DNA of 63,224 nucleotides, counting the filler, from Eremomyces bilateralis CBS 781.70 (taxonomy: Eukaryota): NCBI GenBank assembly GCA_010015585.1. It is 7 parts of 7 records of this genome, joined end to end, with 100 filler letters (N's around TTAATTAATTAA, not from the genome) between each part and the next. Parts side by side here need not be neighbours in the genome. Positions count along the whole stretch, not along the records: positions 35,132 to 51,323 come from ML975161.1; 6 more parts are not named here. One strand, written 5' to 3'. Within the stretch, counting starts at the first letter, position 1; the number at the start of each line of letters is the position of its first letter. The notes beneath the pieces were generated by a model, which was given only the letters and a program-made list of their open reading frames with translations, was not told the origin of the DNA and did no database searches. Position numbers and translations under genes: made by a program. Below are positions 35,465 to 47,709 of the stretch, in pieces.

Positions 35465-36843
35465 CCCAGCATATCCGGCGAAACAGATCCAATGCCTCAA
35501 AATTCCAGGTGCATTGCTCCGTAGCAATCACAACTTTCACGACCATTGTCGTCCTCAACGTCAAACAAATATGACCCGACATCTTTGCCACACCGGACAC
35601 AGTATGCATCCTGACCAAGAAATCGCATTACAACGGATTCCTTCGGTGAAGGTGGAGGGCCCGCTTTCTCCCATCGTTCGCGGAATTTCACCAGCTTGCG
35701 AAGTCTTTTGTCGACTCCGATGAAGGAATCATCGACCCGATATTGGCACTGTCCGGGAAGAGAAACCTTTGCGGTATCTCCTCTTCCGCGTAACCCCTCC
35801 CCAGGAAAACCAACTTGGCTTCATTATCCTATTTAGAACGTCGAATTATATCGGACTCATCGAAAACCGCTAGTTTAAGGACGCCCCTCTTAGACTTATG
35901 ACGGGGAGGACAGAAGCGGTGAGAGCAGAGCTCGCCTGGGCTACCCCAAAGCCAAGCTACCAACGCGCTCGAGGAATCCGGTTGTCGCGAGTGCAGGCAG
36001 ATCTGAAGTGCCGTGAATGGGATCGATCCCGGTAGGAGGGCATGTTGTTTGTGCTTTCACTCCTGTGGGAGGAGGATTTATTGCACGAGCTTCACCTCTC
36101 GGTTCAGGAGCTTGTTCATCCTGTTTTTGCGGTTCTCGCCAGAAGTCGCCTCTTTTTGGTCACGTTTCCCAGTGGCCTGCTTCTCCCGTCTTCGCTGGCG
36201 TGCCCTTTGCCGTTGTTCCCTTCTCCTCAGTCGCCGATTCTCCTGTTTTGACAGCCCGACTTTCTGGTCGATCGGCTGTATTCTGTCCTGGCAGCGAAAC
36301 CGATTTGTCGGCGAGCGTGGTCGGGATCGGTATACTGTAATCCTTCTTCATAGCTTCTGTTGAGTGGTTTCTAGGCATCATCAATGAATTCTAGGGTGGC
36401 CTATCGTGGGCCGACCGTACAGTATTTTGCAGTTTGCTCAACTCAGCAGTCAGAAGTCAGAACGCGTCGCGTTTGTCGCGCAGGAAGAGATAAGGGGGTT
36501 GTGGCTTCTGCTCAGGAACCCTGGCCATCATGATGTCACAGTCCATGATCCTCATATCAACGAATGTGGGTGGAGCGAGTTCCTCCAGCCACCAGTTCAG
36601 GTCACTGCACATCGGAATTCAGATGCAGTCTCTAGCAGTCTCGGCGACATCAAAGCAGACGAGGACATGACAGGACGGTTTCTAATTCACGTTGGCAGTT
36701 GTTGGAATCAGATTTCTTAGTTCACATGCGTCGATTGAAATGTGTAGTAGGATCCGCAAGATAAATGCTTCGACATGGGAATCCTCAGGAGTCAGGACAA
36801 TACAGGTGCGTTCCCACCTCGAGCGGTTCGTATCGCCGCAGCA

Positions 36844-37640
36844 CTAAAGTCCATGTCGTCTCGAAAATCCCGTCGTCAAGGCCGCAATGGCCCCTGCATG
36901 TGTCTCAATTGCAAAATGTCCTGCATCCAAGAGGTGGATCTCCGCATTTGGCAAATCTCTCTTGAACGCTTCAGCACCCGCTGGGACAAAAATGACATCG
37001 TTCTTCCCCCAAACCGCGAGAAGGGGAATCTGGGTAGTTCAGAAGTATTCATGGAAGTCGGGGTACATCGTAACATTGTTGCCATAATCTTTGAATAGGT
37101 CCAGTTGAATTTCCGCGTTTCCCGCTCGCGAAAGGAGGGCATAGTCCAAATGATACGCCTCGGGAGCTATCTTGTCGGGAGACGACTCCCCGGACTCGTA
37201 CTGAAACTTGGTTGCGTCGAAGGTGAGGGCATATCCGCGCAGCGCGTCCCGATCAGCGCTGTCATCGCTCGTCCAACACTTTCGAATCGGGGCCCAGAAG
37301 TCCTTCCGAGCCCCTCGACGTATGCGTTGCCATTCTGGCTGATGATGGCTTGAATGGCCTCCGGTTGGCGGAGGGCCAGGCGTAGCGCCGTGTGAGCACC
37401 ATAGTCGAAAATGTACACTGAGAACTTGGTAATCCGGAGCGCGTCAAGGAAATCTTCGACCGTGGCGGCAAGATTCTCAAAGGTGTACTGATACCCTTTA
37501 GGGACCTCGGTGAATTCGAACCCAGGCAAATCTGGAGCGATGACACGGTATTCCTCATCCGCTAAGAGGGGGGATGAGATGGCGGAATTGGTGCGAAGAG
37601 CTAGGAAACCCGTGCAAAAGGAGCACGACTGGACCATCTT
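36844..37640 (-). pseudogene. Alpha/beta hydrolase (epoxide hydrolase/dehalogenase-like) pseudogene
   Basis: HGFPSSSHQF, VIAPDLPGF, IFDYGA, ISQNGNAY, AVWGKND, DAGHFA spread over different frames; frameshifts near 37585 and 37305 and an in-frame TGA near 37040. Confidence 0.85.
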
Positions 37641-37679
37641 TTAGACCGGCTTCTCGATAGTATAATTGAATGCTATTTG

Positions 37680-37840
37680 TACTAGATCTTGCAACCACAC
37701 CAGATTTTACGACTGCACCAGATCGTGCAATCACACCAGATCTTACGACTGCACCAGATCTTGCGACTGCACCAGATCTTGCGACTGCACTAGATCTTGC
37801 GACTGCATCAAATCTTGCGACTGCACCAGATCTTACGACG
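37680..37840. repeat. 18-bp tandem minisatellite (GCGACTGCACCAGATCTT, about 9 copies)
   Basis: Directly visible; GCATCC short repeats follow at about 37905-38003. Confidence 0.9.
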
Positions 37841-38183
37841 ATTGCAGATGCTTTAGATGCCTATGAAGGCATTAATTGAAATAGATGGCTTGATTTCATT
37901 CAATGTATCCACAGCATCCAGTTTTTGTATGGAGCATCCGCAGCATCCAAACAGGGACATAGACACAGGGCATCCTGGCATCCGCTGGCATCCACGACAT
38001 CCAATTAGGCCTTGAAAATGAAAAATAGTTTGCTGATGTAGAGTACCGTAACTGAGCTTAAGCAGCAATCGTGCTTAATCATCATCCCCGCATAAATGCA
38101 ACACCAGGGCGATTACAGGAAGATAATTGCAAGCCACTCTGTCGGAAGGAAAGCCGAGACTTTTACATTCTGTGATATTACGT

Positions 38184-39421
38184 CTAGGCATGTTCCACCT
38201 TTATTTCCAGTCCTTTCAACTGGAAGGAGTTGGCACCGCCCTCGCGCTTAGTCCATACGTTCTTATTATGCACATCCTTAACCCGGGCTCGCACCCACTC
38301 GGTTCCCGAGGGCACCGGTCCGTTGTATTGCTTGTCTTCCTCGGTGAGGAGACCAAGACGTTGCAGGAGAGGAGATGGCACTGTTCTCATTGCGATGTCA
38401 TCGCCTGGTCGGCTGAAGTAGAGCAATCCAAGGCGAGCAATGTGTATCTGGTCCTTTGGGGGGGCCACAACGCGGTGTATTGTGGATTTGATCAACCCTG
38501 TTTGGAGAGTTTAGCGCGATGAATAGAAAATCGAAGGGAGTATCGCACCATTGGTGAGGAAAGTCAAAGTATCACCGGCATTGCACACAATGCCGCCTTC
38601 TACAGGCTTGACATACTTCCATTCGCCCTCGGGCGTCCGGATCTGCAGCCCAGCCACATTCTGCGAGAAGAGCAGGCTCACGCTACCAAAGTCGGTGTGG
38701 CCACTGTTAAAGTAGCCGAGGGCTTTATCCCATTCTTCCTGGGTCCTAACATTATAGAGCATGTATCGGAGCTGGTCATCGGATACCTTGTCGTAGGCAT
38801 GAGCTTCAGTGAGATAGTTCTCCGGCAGTTCCAGAATGATTGCAATCAGAACAAAGAGCTTGCGCGTGATTTTCTCCCAGACATTGCGATGGAACTGGCT
38901 TATCTCCTCCCAATTCTCCTTGACTATTCGATGCTTAGGTAGATTTGACCACGCGGGGATTTCCTTATGAATGTTGAGCTGGAGATAATCAGTACCTATT
39001 CTCAAGGCCATAGACAGAAGATACCACAAACCGCCTCGATATTTTGTTTTACACCTGTATCACCAATCCAAGCAGCGTTCTCCCGGTACCCAAAATACTC
39101 GCCCTCCGCAAAGTTGCAAGGGAAAAACCGCTTCTCCTCTAATGGCTCTTTGAAGAAAGCATTGCCAATACTGAATTGTCGAAGGACATCCGCATCGTCA
39201 AGCCCAGTATTAACAACAACCCAGAATCCGATTTTCGTAACTGCGTCATAGAGCTGCTGAGCTAGTTGCTGTTTACCTCCGGGTTCGTCAAAGCGTGACA
39301 GATCAATTGTCGCCAATGGCGCCCATTTCAGGTCCTCTCTCGTTGGCTCTGGCCGGCTCCATGGCTTCACCGGGATTTTAATAGCTGTTCCGGGCAGGTT
39401 GTCAATTATAATGGGAGCCAT
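38184..39421 (-). CDS. 2-oxoglutarate/Fe(II)-dependent oxygenase (IPNS-like DIOX_N + 2OG-FeII_Oxy), 2 introns
   Basis: LATIDLSRFD...IGFWVVVN N-domain; GHTDFGSVSLLFSQNVAGLQI (HxD); NAGDTL; KSTIHRVV (distal His). Confidence 0.93.
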
Positions 39422-40104
39422 GATGCGCTCCTACTGCCACAAAGACTCGCGGATAGATAATGTAGAGAAAGAAGGGATTGAGGACTTCGAATACAGCTTT
39501 GTTGAAGACCTAATACCGTCCTGTGTCGGCTGTAAAGCTAGTTTATCAGAAATTATATTCTAGCACAAGCGACCCGCAAATTAAGGGAATCTGTTACAAA
39601 GCACGCAGGAAACGGTTCCGATTTTCTGTCAGACATTTCAGTCTCTATACCTTTGAAGCGTCCGGAATCGGTACAGACAATGGATCACGCTAGGTGATGA
39701 GGTGATAAACCCCTGCGGTGGCGTCGTATTAACTTAATATGCCTGATACCGTAATGCTATCTAGATTGGCTGCGGGAATGACGTTTTCCACTATTGTCCA
39801 GAGTAATAAGGTCACGAAATGAGTTTCACGAAGCCACACGCGGAAATATCCGTCCACGAGCCCATTTGACCCCGTAATAAGGATTCCAGCTCGTATGCCT
39901 TATAAAGTAGCACTGAAAATTGTTGAATTTATGGGGTGCAGCTAAACAAACGCCTTTTGGTGCCAGTTTCTATATCGCCTGGACAGCTGTACAGTTTCTA
40001 TGCCTTAGGCCAAGCAATTGCTTGACTGATAATCACTGATCCCTTAAGATCTAGTTTGGGCTGTCAATACTTGGTATCTATGTACATGAGATATGCTATG
40101 AGTT

Positions 40105-41151
40105 TCACTGCGCAAATTTCTCGATCAATCCGTTGGAAGAGTTAACTCGTTGTGCCCATTCACTATTGTTCGTTCGGTGATTAGCGAATGAACTGATTAG
40201 AATTCTCGATCATAACTTACGACCAGCTCCCGTCATATAGCCTTCGGTTCTCTTCATTGCCATATTTAGCGGCAGCGAGGGCAGCATCAATTACCGCAGC
40301 TGTCACTCCGCTGCCGCAGCTAGTTATGATCGGCCTTGCTGGGTCAACCCCCTTGCCTTTAAACACTCTTATCAACTGCTCAGCAGGGAGAAAGGTCTTA
40401 GTTTGGGGATCGAGTAAGTCAGATACTGGGACACTAATAGATCCAGGTATATGACCTGAAGAAAGTCCATGTCGTGGCTCAGGCGTTGTCCCTACCCATC
40501 GCCCATATGGTCTAGCATCCAGTATCTGCGCGCCTTCTGGCCCCCCCTGATTGTAATTGAGTGCAACCTCCTTAACCTGGTCGAAATTAACGACTTTGCT
40601 CGCATCGAGATCTGGAGTCGGATAATGGCTAGCATCAATGCTCGGAGGCTCCCCAAACTCAGTTGGATAGTCATTCTCGACCCAGAGTTTGAAATTATTG
40701 AGCACGTGAACCGTAGCATGGCCAAACACCTTCAGCATCCAAGCTGCTCTTGGCGCGCTAGTGATTCCAAGTTCGAATGTATCATATACAACGACGGTAT
40801 CATCTCTGCTAATTCCGAGGGCACTCATGGCGGATGCAAAATCCCTTGCGCTAGGTAGCATGTTAGGCAAGTTACTATGCTTATCTACGACCTTGCCGAG
40901 ATCAAGGAAGCGGGCGTTCGGAATCCGGCGCTCACGAAACGCATCTAGGCCTGTCCGGCCATCACCCGGAGGAAAGCTTTATTAATTCTTAGCAGCAATA
41001 TCATGTATTACAGAGAATTGACTTGCCTGGCGGCTGAGAGCGGTATCGTTCGGGGTAATGTGGTCGTCTCAGAGGGCGGGCTTTTTTGCAAGGCTTCGTG
41101 CAGCTCCTTGGGGGTTATAAGATAGGAAGAGAAAGGCATTTCGGTAGCCAT
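40105..41151 (-). CDS. Tandem-rhodanese 3-mercaptopyruvate/thiosulfate sulfurtransferase (Tum1/MST-like)
   Basis: RIPNARFLD, SAPRAAW..KVFGH, LDARPYGRW, SGHIPGS, active loop SCGSGVTAA, LYDGSW(S)EW; first intron is GC-AG (40977-41026). Confidence 0.93.
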
Positions 41152-41396
41152 TTTGGATGTGAAAGTTGAGAGTATGTAACATTTGTATGCACCGTTGCCT
41201 CGTTCGAATGTATAGAAACTGGGAAAATGTAATTCTACAGCGAAAAGGGGTGTACATTGACACTGAATGTTCGGTGTGTCCCAGGATTGAAAGAAGACCT
41301 CTAGTTTCAAGTGTCTCGTACATGAATGTACTTACTATGTAAACTAAAAGGTACTACCACCGCCGGTAGAATAATATGACACAAATGTACCTTACA

Positions 41397-41445
41397 ATGG
41401 CATCATTTATAGTGGAGTCTGACAAGGGTCTTATAATGGTATCAT
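41397..41445. promoter_or_regulatory. Two ATGRYRYCAT boxes (CYS-3/MetR-type sulfur regulon consensus) in a 39-bp tandem duplication
   Basis: ATGGCATCAT at 41397-41406 and ATGGTATCAT at 41436-41445, about 250-290 bp upstream of the sulfurtransferase ATG. Confidence 0.5.
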
Positions 41446-42224
41446 TTGAAATGGAGTCCGACAAGTTCCTAAGTGGAATATAGAACTTATGGTTTTCGGT
41501 TCGGAAAAACCCCACAGTGGGGTCTACTACGTAGTAAGAAGCATGGGAACATCCCAAATCTATATTGTCGAGATCCTGGGGCCTGACGGGGAGTTGGGGA
41601 GGGGTGTCCAGGAAACCAGGAACGGAACCTGGGTCGTCACTTTTAGGATATTATACATATTCCAAGGCTATGCGCTTGGTTTTTCCAGGCTAGATAGGAG
41701 ATAAACGTGATTCCTACAGGTCCCTAGACACACGGCGATTGAGATGGATGCTACTATGTAGGTTGAAGTATCTCAAAAGTTCTATAAAAATGGTATCAAG
41801 CTCGTTGTGAATGAGTTAAGTACGCATCCTTACGGGCCCACTAGACTATGCGGTACGTAGGAGGAGGTGCCGCACAGAGCATAGCCGATGCCGCGGATCC
41901 GGGACATATGTACATATGTGCTCCTGCAGGGTCTACACCTCTCCCAACTATGTGGTTCTGACTAGGGTAAATAACGAGATATTTTGAGATATTTTGAGGT
42001 ATTTCGGTGCTTGCTCAACTCTCTCTATGCCAAAAAGCGGTATTTTTGTGAAACAATTTTAACGACTCTACCCGGCAATGAGGCCGCTTCAGTGGTAGAG
42101 ATGTTCTTAGAATAAGACGAGATATAATATTTTATTAGGAGAATTTCGAACAAGGTTCTGACGGACAATTGTTTGCGACCCCTATACAATTTTCAACCAC
42201 TTTTCAACCAAATAACTACAATTA

Positions 42225-43910
42225 TCACCTGTCGAAAGACGGAGACACTACACTATCTCCAGCCTCTCCTTTCAAATATTTCTTCCAGACATTTCCAATG
42301 TCGTTGAGGTAAATCCATGGCAGTCCGTCGCCAATCATTCCGTTTACCGTGACTCTTAATTGTGCTTCCCATTCGCTAATACCGGCAGCACTGGCATTCC
42401 GTTTCGCTCCGTCTACTTTACGTTCCTGCAAGTCGATATAGTCGTACCTGTAATCGATATTGTTTATCAGCCAAGGAAATAGATGAGAGTTACGTGAGGA
42501 GGATTCGGGGTGACTTGGACTGAAGTATACACACATTCTGAGATAGTAAGAAGACCGAATGGAGTCAAAGATCTCAAGAGCTTTTGCTATTGAATCGGCG
42601 GTTGGGTTGCCATTCAGGTGAGTGTGCTCGATCGCACGGGCAAGGATCCAGCCATCTTCCATCGCAAAGGCAGCACCTGAGCCAAATGCCCCTGAGAGAG
42701 GATGGCTGGCATCGCCCAGTAAAACAACCTTATTCCACCCGGTGAGTTTCTCCAATCGTGGACCTGCGAAGGTCGAGTATTCCTTCCACACACCCTCAGG
42801 CACGTGCGATAATACTTCCTGGACAAGAGGTCCGTACTCCTATATATGCCGGTCAGTAATTTAGTTCTATACCCCTTTATCACTGGATTTCGACGCGAAA
42901 GGCAAACCTGACCTTGAAATTTGATAGCACTTTTTCATTTACAGCGTCAACCCCCCACCTGAATTTCTCTACCTCCAATCTCTTAGGGTCGACCCATTTC
43001 CTAATAGAGACCTCAAATAACCCGTCGGTATCCTTATCCACTTCTTTCGGGTCATCGACTGGTGTGGTCATAACGAATCCTACAGGACTGTGGAACCATG
43101 TCGTCTTGTGATTTAGTTCCGGAAAACGATCCATCGACTTCCACGGGATAAGAGTGCGCCAGACTGTCGTGCCTAGGTATTGCCTTAAGGGTTAGCTTAT
43201 GTGAGTGGCGCATAGAGATAATCGCAATGACACTGACCCGTGAAAGTAGTTTTGTGGTCGGGAAAGATATTTTCCCGGACAACCTAGAGAAAGCCAATCA
43301 GACGAGGTTTCGCTAATTCGATAACAAGGAATAGGCCAAAAGGCTTAAATACTTACCGATCGAATCCCATCCGCTCCAACAACCAAATCTGCTGTCGCTG
43401 TGGCCCCATCCTCGAAAATCAGTCGAACTCTCCCTGACTCACGATTTTCTAAAGCAGTGAGACGTTTGCTTAGTTGAATTACGCCAGGGGGAATTCTGTC
43501 GAGGAGCGCCGATTGCAGCTGCATCCTTCTTACCCGCCTAGGGTGATACCAAGGAGGGAATGACGACGCAGTAGCTCCAACCAATGTTCCAGTAAGTCCA
43601 TCTCTGCGGTATTATGTTAGCTCTCGTGATACATGTGGTAATAAATGCAACAACCGCTCTTATACCGATGATCGACGATGATCCTCCGATGTCCTTTGAT
43701 CCCGTCCGCGGCACCCAGTAGACCTAGCACTCTCCAGCCATTAAGTCCAATGGTAACCCCTGCTCCGATTTCTCGAAGCTGTGTTGCTTGCTCGAAGATG
43801 GTCACCTCGACATTCGGCAGAGCTGACAATGCAATTCCTGTCGCGAGTCCGCCGGGCCCTCCCCCAACAACAGCAACCCGTAATGGCCGCGTGGGCTCTT
43901 GTGCAGTCAT
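42225..43910 (-). CDS. FAD-dependent monooxygenase (salicylate hydroxylase-like), multi-exon
   Basis: VAVVGGGPGG, EIGAG, LVVGADGIRS, LLGDASHPLSGAFGSGAAFAMEDG. Confidence 0.92.
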
Positions 43911-45119
43911 GATCTTGCTCTTTGTCACGCAACGGAAACATTGGACACTGATTCACATACTATAACTAGGAATCCGAGCGTTTAAGATCACGACTCGCCA
44001 ACAATGAGGGTTGAAAAGCGTAATCCGGGTGCCATATCACGTATACAGATGTTTGAATTGTAATTGGCGAGAACCCGCCATAGCGCGCGTAATCTAGGGC
44101 CGGAAATTAACTTGATTATCAAGATATCTCCACTGTAGGTAATAGTCTCAAAGATGTGACCTAGTTCTCACATCACGTGCTTGAAAATATCCACAATCAT
44201 ACCATAGTAGTCTATAACGGTGAAACTTAGTTGAATACCGGGCTCTAGTCTAAGACGTGTATTTACTTTTTATACAATATCTACGGTATTTAGACAACGC
44301 AGTATGATAAGAGAAGAATAACTTGTAATGGCCAGGGTTGTGCTAACAAAAATCCCTATAGTGGGACCAGTCACGGATGTGAGGACCAAAGGGTCCTACT
44401 ATGGTTACTCTCCGCTCTGGTGAGAGCCGAAGGATTGGCAATGAGTGGGGTTATGCTAAGTCCTTATAGTTGTTATGGGTTGAAGCCCTTGGTTGGCTAA
44501 GGCTAAGAGCCTAAGCCTGAATAGGTTAAAGGTTGATTCAGAATCTAACCTTTTTCGATGTAAACAAGAAAGGCTTCCCCTTCTTGTTCTCTTCTTTAGC
44601 TTGATCTAGAATATCTTTGGCTACGTGTATGTTGTGTACATCCAGCTACCGTGCCGCAATAATAGTGGGGCTAGGGGCTAGTCATGATGGGCCAACCCTT
44701 GAAAAAATGTACTGAATTCACTGATTCCTTCTCTGAGTACGGGTTGCCCCGGCGGTGTACAGGGTACTACCTTGTGGATGATTCTCAAAATGAAATCACG
44801 GTCGGCGTCTGAGGCTATTTGCATCCATGTGGTGAAGATATTATAATAAAGAAAATTTGACGTAATTTCGCAGTCCAGAAGCTGTTCAGTGAGGCGTCAA
44901 ACATGATGTGGGTGTGCCCGATGCCTGCCTTTCTCTACCACCTCCTGCACCACTTCCGCCTTGCTTGGAGATCATGAAGCCGGAGACTTTGATAGAGGAA
45001 AGCCTATATACAAGTTCCTAGACGGTTTGGCGGATTTTTGGCTGCTGCTGAGTTCCGTAATGATTGATCCGCTAATCGTGCCTAACATGATACTACTAAG
45101 GCTTGCAGAATATACCCCA

Positions 45120-45345
45120 TAGCACGACATCGACAACAGTGGTAGAGCACGTGTAGATAGGGATAATGAGGTGCTTGAGGAACTTCCCGTGTCTCAAAGT
45201 GCTGACCATGCCTGGCGTGGTGTGATTAAGACGCACAGCATGTACCCCACAGGACTTTCGACATCGGCGACTATGGTAGAGCACGTATGTATAGGGACGA
45301 TGAGGTGCTTAACGAACCTGCTGTTATCTCAACGTGCTAATCTGA
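45120..45345. repeat. Two diverged copies of a roughly 85-bp segment at about 135-bp spacing
   Basis: CGACATCG...TGGTAGAGCACGT...TAGGGA...ATGAGGTGCTT...TCTCAA.GTGCT at about 45125 and about 45259. Confidence 0.7.
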
Positions 45346-45478
45346 TTATTTTGCGTAGAGCTTTGCTTCTCACCCATAGACGTAGATCTGCTTAGACTTC
45401 GAAGTTTTAAGCTCTTGTTTCTTAATTTGGCTTCTTAGAACTTTTTGAAGCAATTTCTATTCAAGCCAGGCTCTCGTT

Positions 45479-47076
45479 ATGGGCGCAACTCAACCCCAAA
45501 AAGTCATTGCTGTCGCAGTGGACGACGTCGGTCTGTCAGATAAGATTGAAAGACCCCAACATGACAAGTTTGGCGCAACAGCCAAAAACGATCCGCAAGA
45601 AATTGCGCTGGTCCGTAAGGTCGACTGGCATATGATGGTGCGCTTATATTTTGTCCGATACAAATCAAGACTCCTAACAACGACTTCAGCCAATCCTCGC
45701 CTTGATGTACTTTATGAGCAGTCTTGATCGCAACGCCCTTGTCAACGGCAAAATCAATACTCTTACTAAGGACCTTCATCTTCAGGGCTACCAGTATAAC
45801 ACCTGCATTGCAATTACGTTCGTCGGCTTGATTGTCGGTGTAGTGCCCTCTAATATGATTTTGAGTCGCGTGAGGCCTTCCTGGTGGATGTCCGGGTGGA
45901 TGATGGCATGGGCATTGATCACCACTCTTAATTGCATAGTTAAGGATTATCAAGGATTAATTGTGTGCCGGTTCCTGCTCGGTATTGCGGAGGCACCGTT
46001 TTATCCTGGGGCACAATATCTGATCAGCATGTTTTATACCAGGAAGGAGATCGCTACGAGAATGGTTTGTTGACTGATTTGGAGATTACACTCGGTTTGA
46101 TAGCTGATCATATTTCAGGCACTGCTCTGGACTGGCAACACAGCTGCTGCTGCTTTCGGCGGCTTGATCGCAGCAGGCGTTTTCGCCAATCTCTCCGGGG
46201 CACATGGAATGGGAGGTTGGAGATGGTCAGCCACTTCTAATCTTCCTTTATATTTATACCTTACTCACATCTTCTAGGCTTTTCCTTATTCAAGGCATCC
46301 TCACGGTTGTTATCGCCATCGCCGCATTTTTCCTTCTACCAAACTCTCCACTCGATACTCCCTGGCTCACACCCGAAGAGCGCCGGCTAGCATATGACCG
46401 CATTGCACGAGACACGACGGAGAAGCGTATTAGCACCACGATCTGGACCGGTCTCCGTGAAGCAGTCACGGACCGCCGGGTCTGGATCTTTGCCTTCCTA
46501 CAACAATTCCACGCCGGCGCTGCGAATTTCAAAAATTTCTTACCCACTGCTATCAAAGGGCTCGGCTTTAGCTCGACCGTAACATTGGTTCTCGTCTGCC
46601 CGCCGTACCTTCTGGCTGTTTTCACCAACCTCACGGCTTCCTGGTCGTCCGGCCGCTTCAACGAACGGACCTGGCACATCACGATCCAGAAATTCATCTC
46701 GATCATTGGATTTGCCATCGGTGCGGCGACAACCAATGTCGGTGCACGCTATTTCGCTTTTATCTTATTTGTCGGGTCTACCTATGGTGTGAACAATATC
46801 AGCCTTGGGTGGACAGCCGCAGTAATTGGACAGACGGATGAGAAGAAAGCCATTGGACTGGCTCTCGTCAACAGTATCGGAAATATTGCTTTTGTTTATA
46901 CACCATACTTGTGGCCAGATTCCGACACCCCGCAGTTCGTGGTTGCTATGTCATCTAGCTGTGCGTTTTCGGCTGCCGTGATCGTTTGTGTCTGGATCAT
47001 GAGGTGGGATCTACAGCGGGAGAATAGAAGGATTAAGGCATCGGAAATTGAGGCAGTGAACCTCTACGTCTATTAG
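45479..47076 (+). CDS. MFS transporter, anion:cation symporter (allantoate/nicotinate permease) family, 3 introns
   Basis: LVRKVDW, LDRNA, VPSNMIL, RFLLGIAEAPFYPG, FYTRKEIATR, GWRWLF, LPNSP..TPWLTPEER. Confidence 0.93.
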
Positions 47077-47092
47077 TAACGCGATATATATA

Positions 47093-47533
47093 ACGTATTC
47101 CACAAGCGAGCGGCCCACCTCAACTAGGAAACGCGACGCGTTTGTTTCAATCAACTATGTCTCAATAAACAAACATTCAATCGTTAAATTCTGAAGGGAA
47201 AATATCTTTAGCTATATCAGCTATCAATCAGAAGCAATTTCAAAGTGTTAGAGCTGCAACAAAGACCTATGATGCGGTTCGAACTACCCTAAGGCGACGA
47301 CGCGCCGGAATCCCTTCACGACGCGACAGTACGCCCAATTCAAGAAAGCTTACGGATCTAGAGGAGAATGTTATTACTCGACATATCTTAGACCTAGATT
47401 CGCGAGGATTTGGGCCCCGGTTAGGTAGTGTTGAAGATATGGCTAATAAGCTACTTGCTGCTCGGGATAGCGGACGCGTCGGCGTTAACTGGGCCTCAAA
47501 CTTTGTTAAGAGGACCCCTGAGCTCAAGATGGG
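47093..47533 (+). mobile_element. Truncated, mutated pogo/Fot1 5' fragment
   Basis: TA + ACGTATTCCACAAGCGAGC TIR; ATG TCT CAA TAA early stop; homologous to 20970-21303 (RKLTDLEE, LDSRGFGP, GVNWASNFVKR); cut by an LTR. Confidence 0.88.
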
Positions 47534-47709
47534 TGTAAGGGTCTCACTGTAGGGAATCTCCAATCGTGAGGCAAACATTGAATTGTTGCTATGAAGGAGG
47601 AATCTATCTAAGGTGTGCGAGGCGTTTATCTGTTCTGGTGTTTACAGAGCAGACCAGAACGGGCCACAAGGCCACAAGGCATCCATGTCGATAGACCTCT
47701 GATCCATCA
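47534..47709 (-). mobile_element. Solo LTR of the Gypsy family found at 56170
   Basis: Minus strand reads TGATGGATCAGAGGTC...CCTTACA (TG...CA) and matches 56170-56262; no target-site duplication. Confidence 0.85.

Noticed and set aside
36844..37640. Recent bacterial horizontal transfer of the intronless hydrolase
   Set aside because: Lack of introns alone is not evidence; similar hydrolases occur in fungi and a phylogeny would be needed.
37666..37866. CRISPR array or metallothionein-like Cys-rich peptide
   Set aside because: Head-to-tail repeats without spacers in a eukaryote; the ORF starts at TTG and Cys richness follows from the repeat unit.
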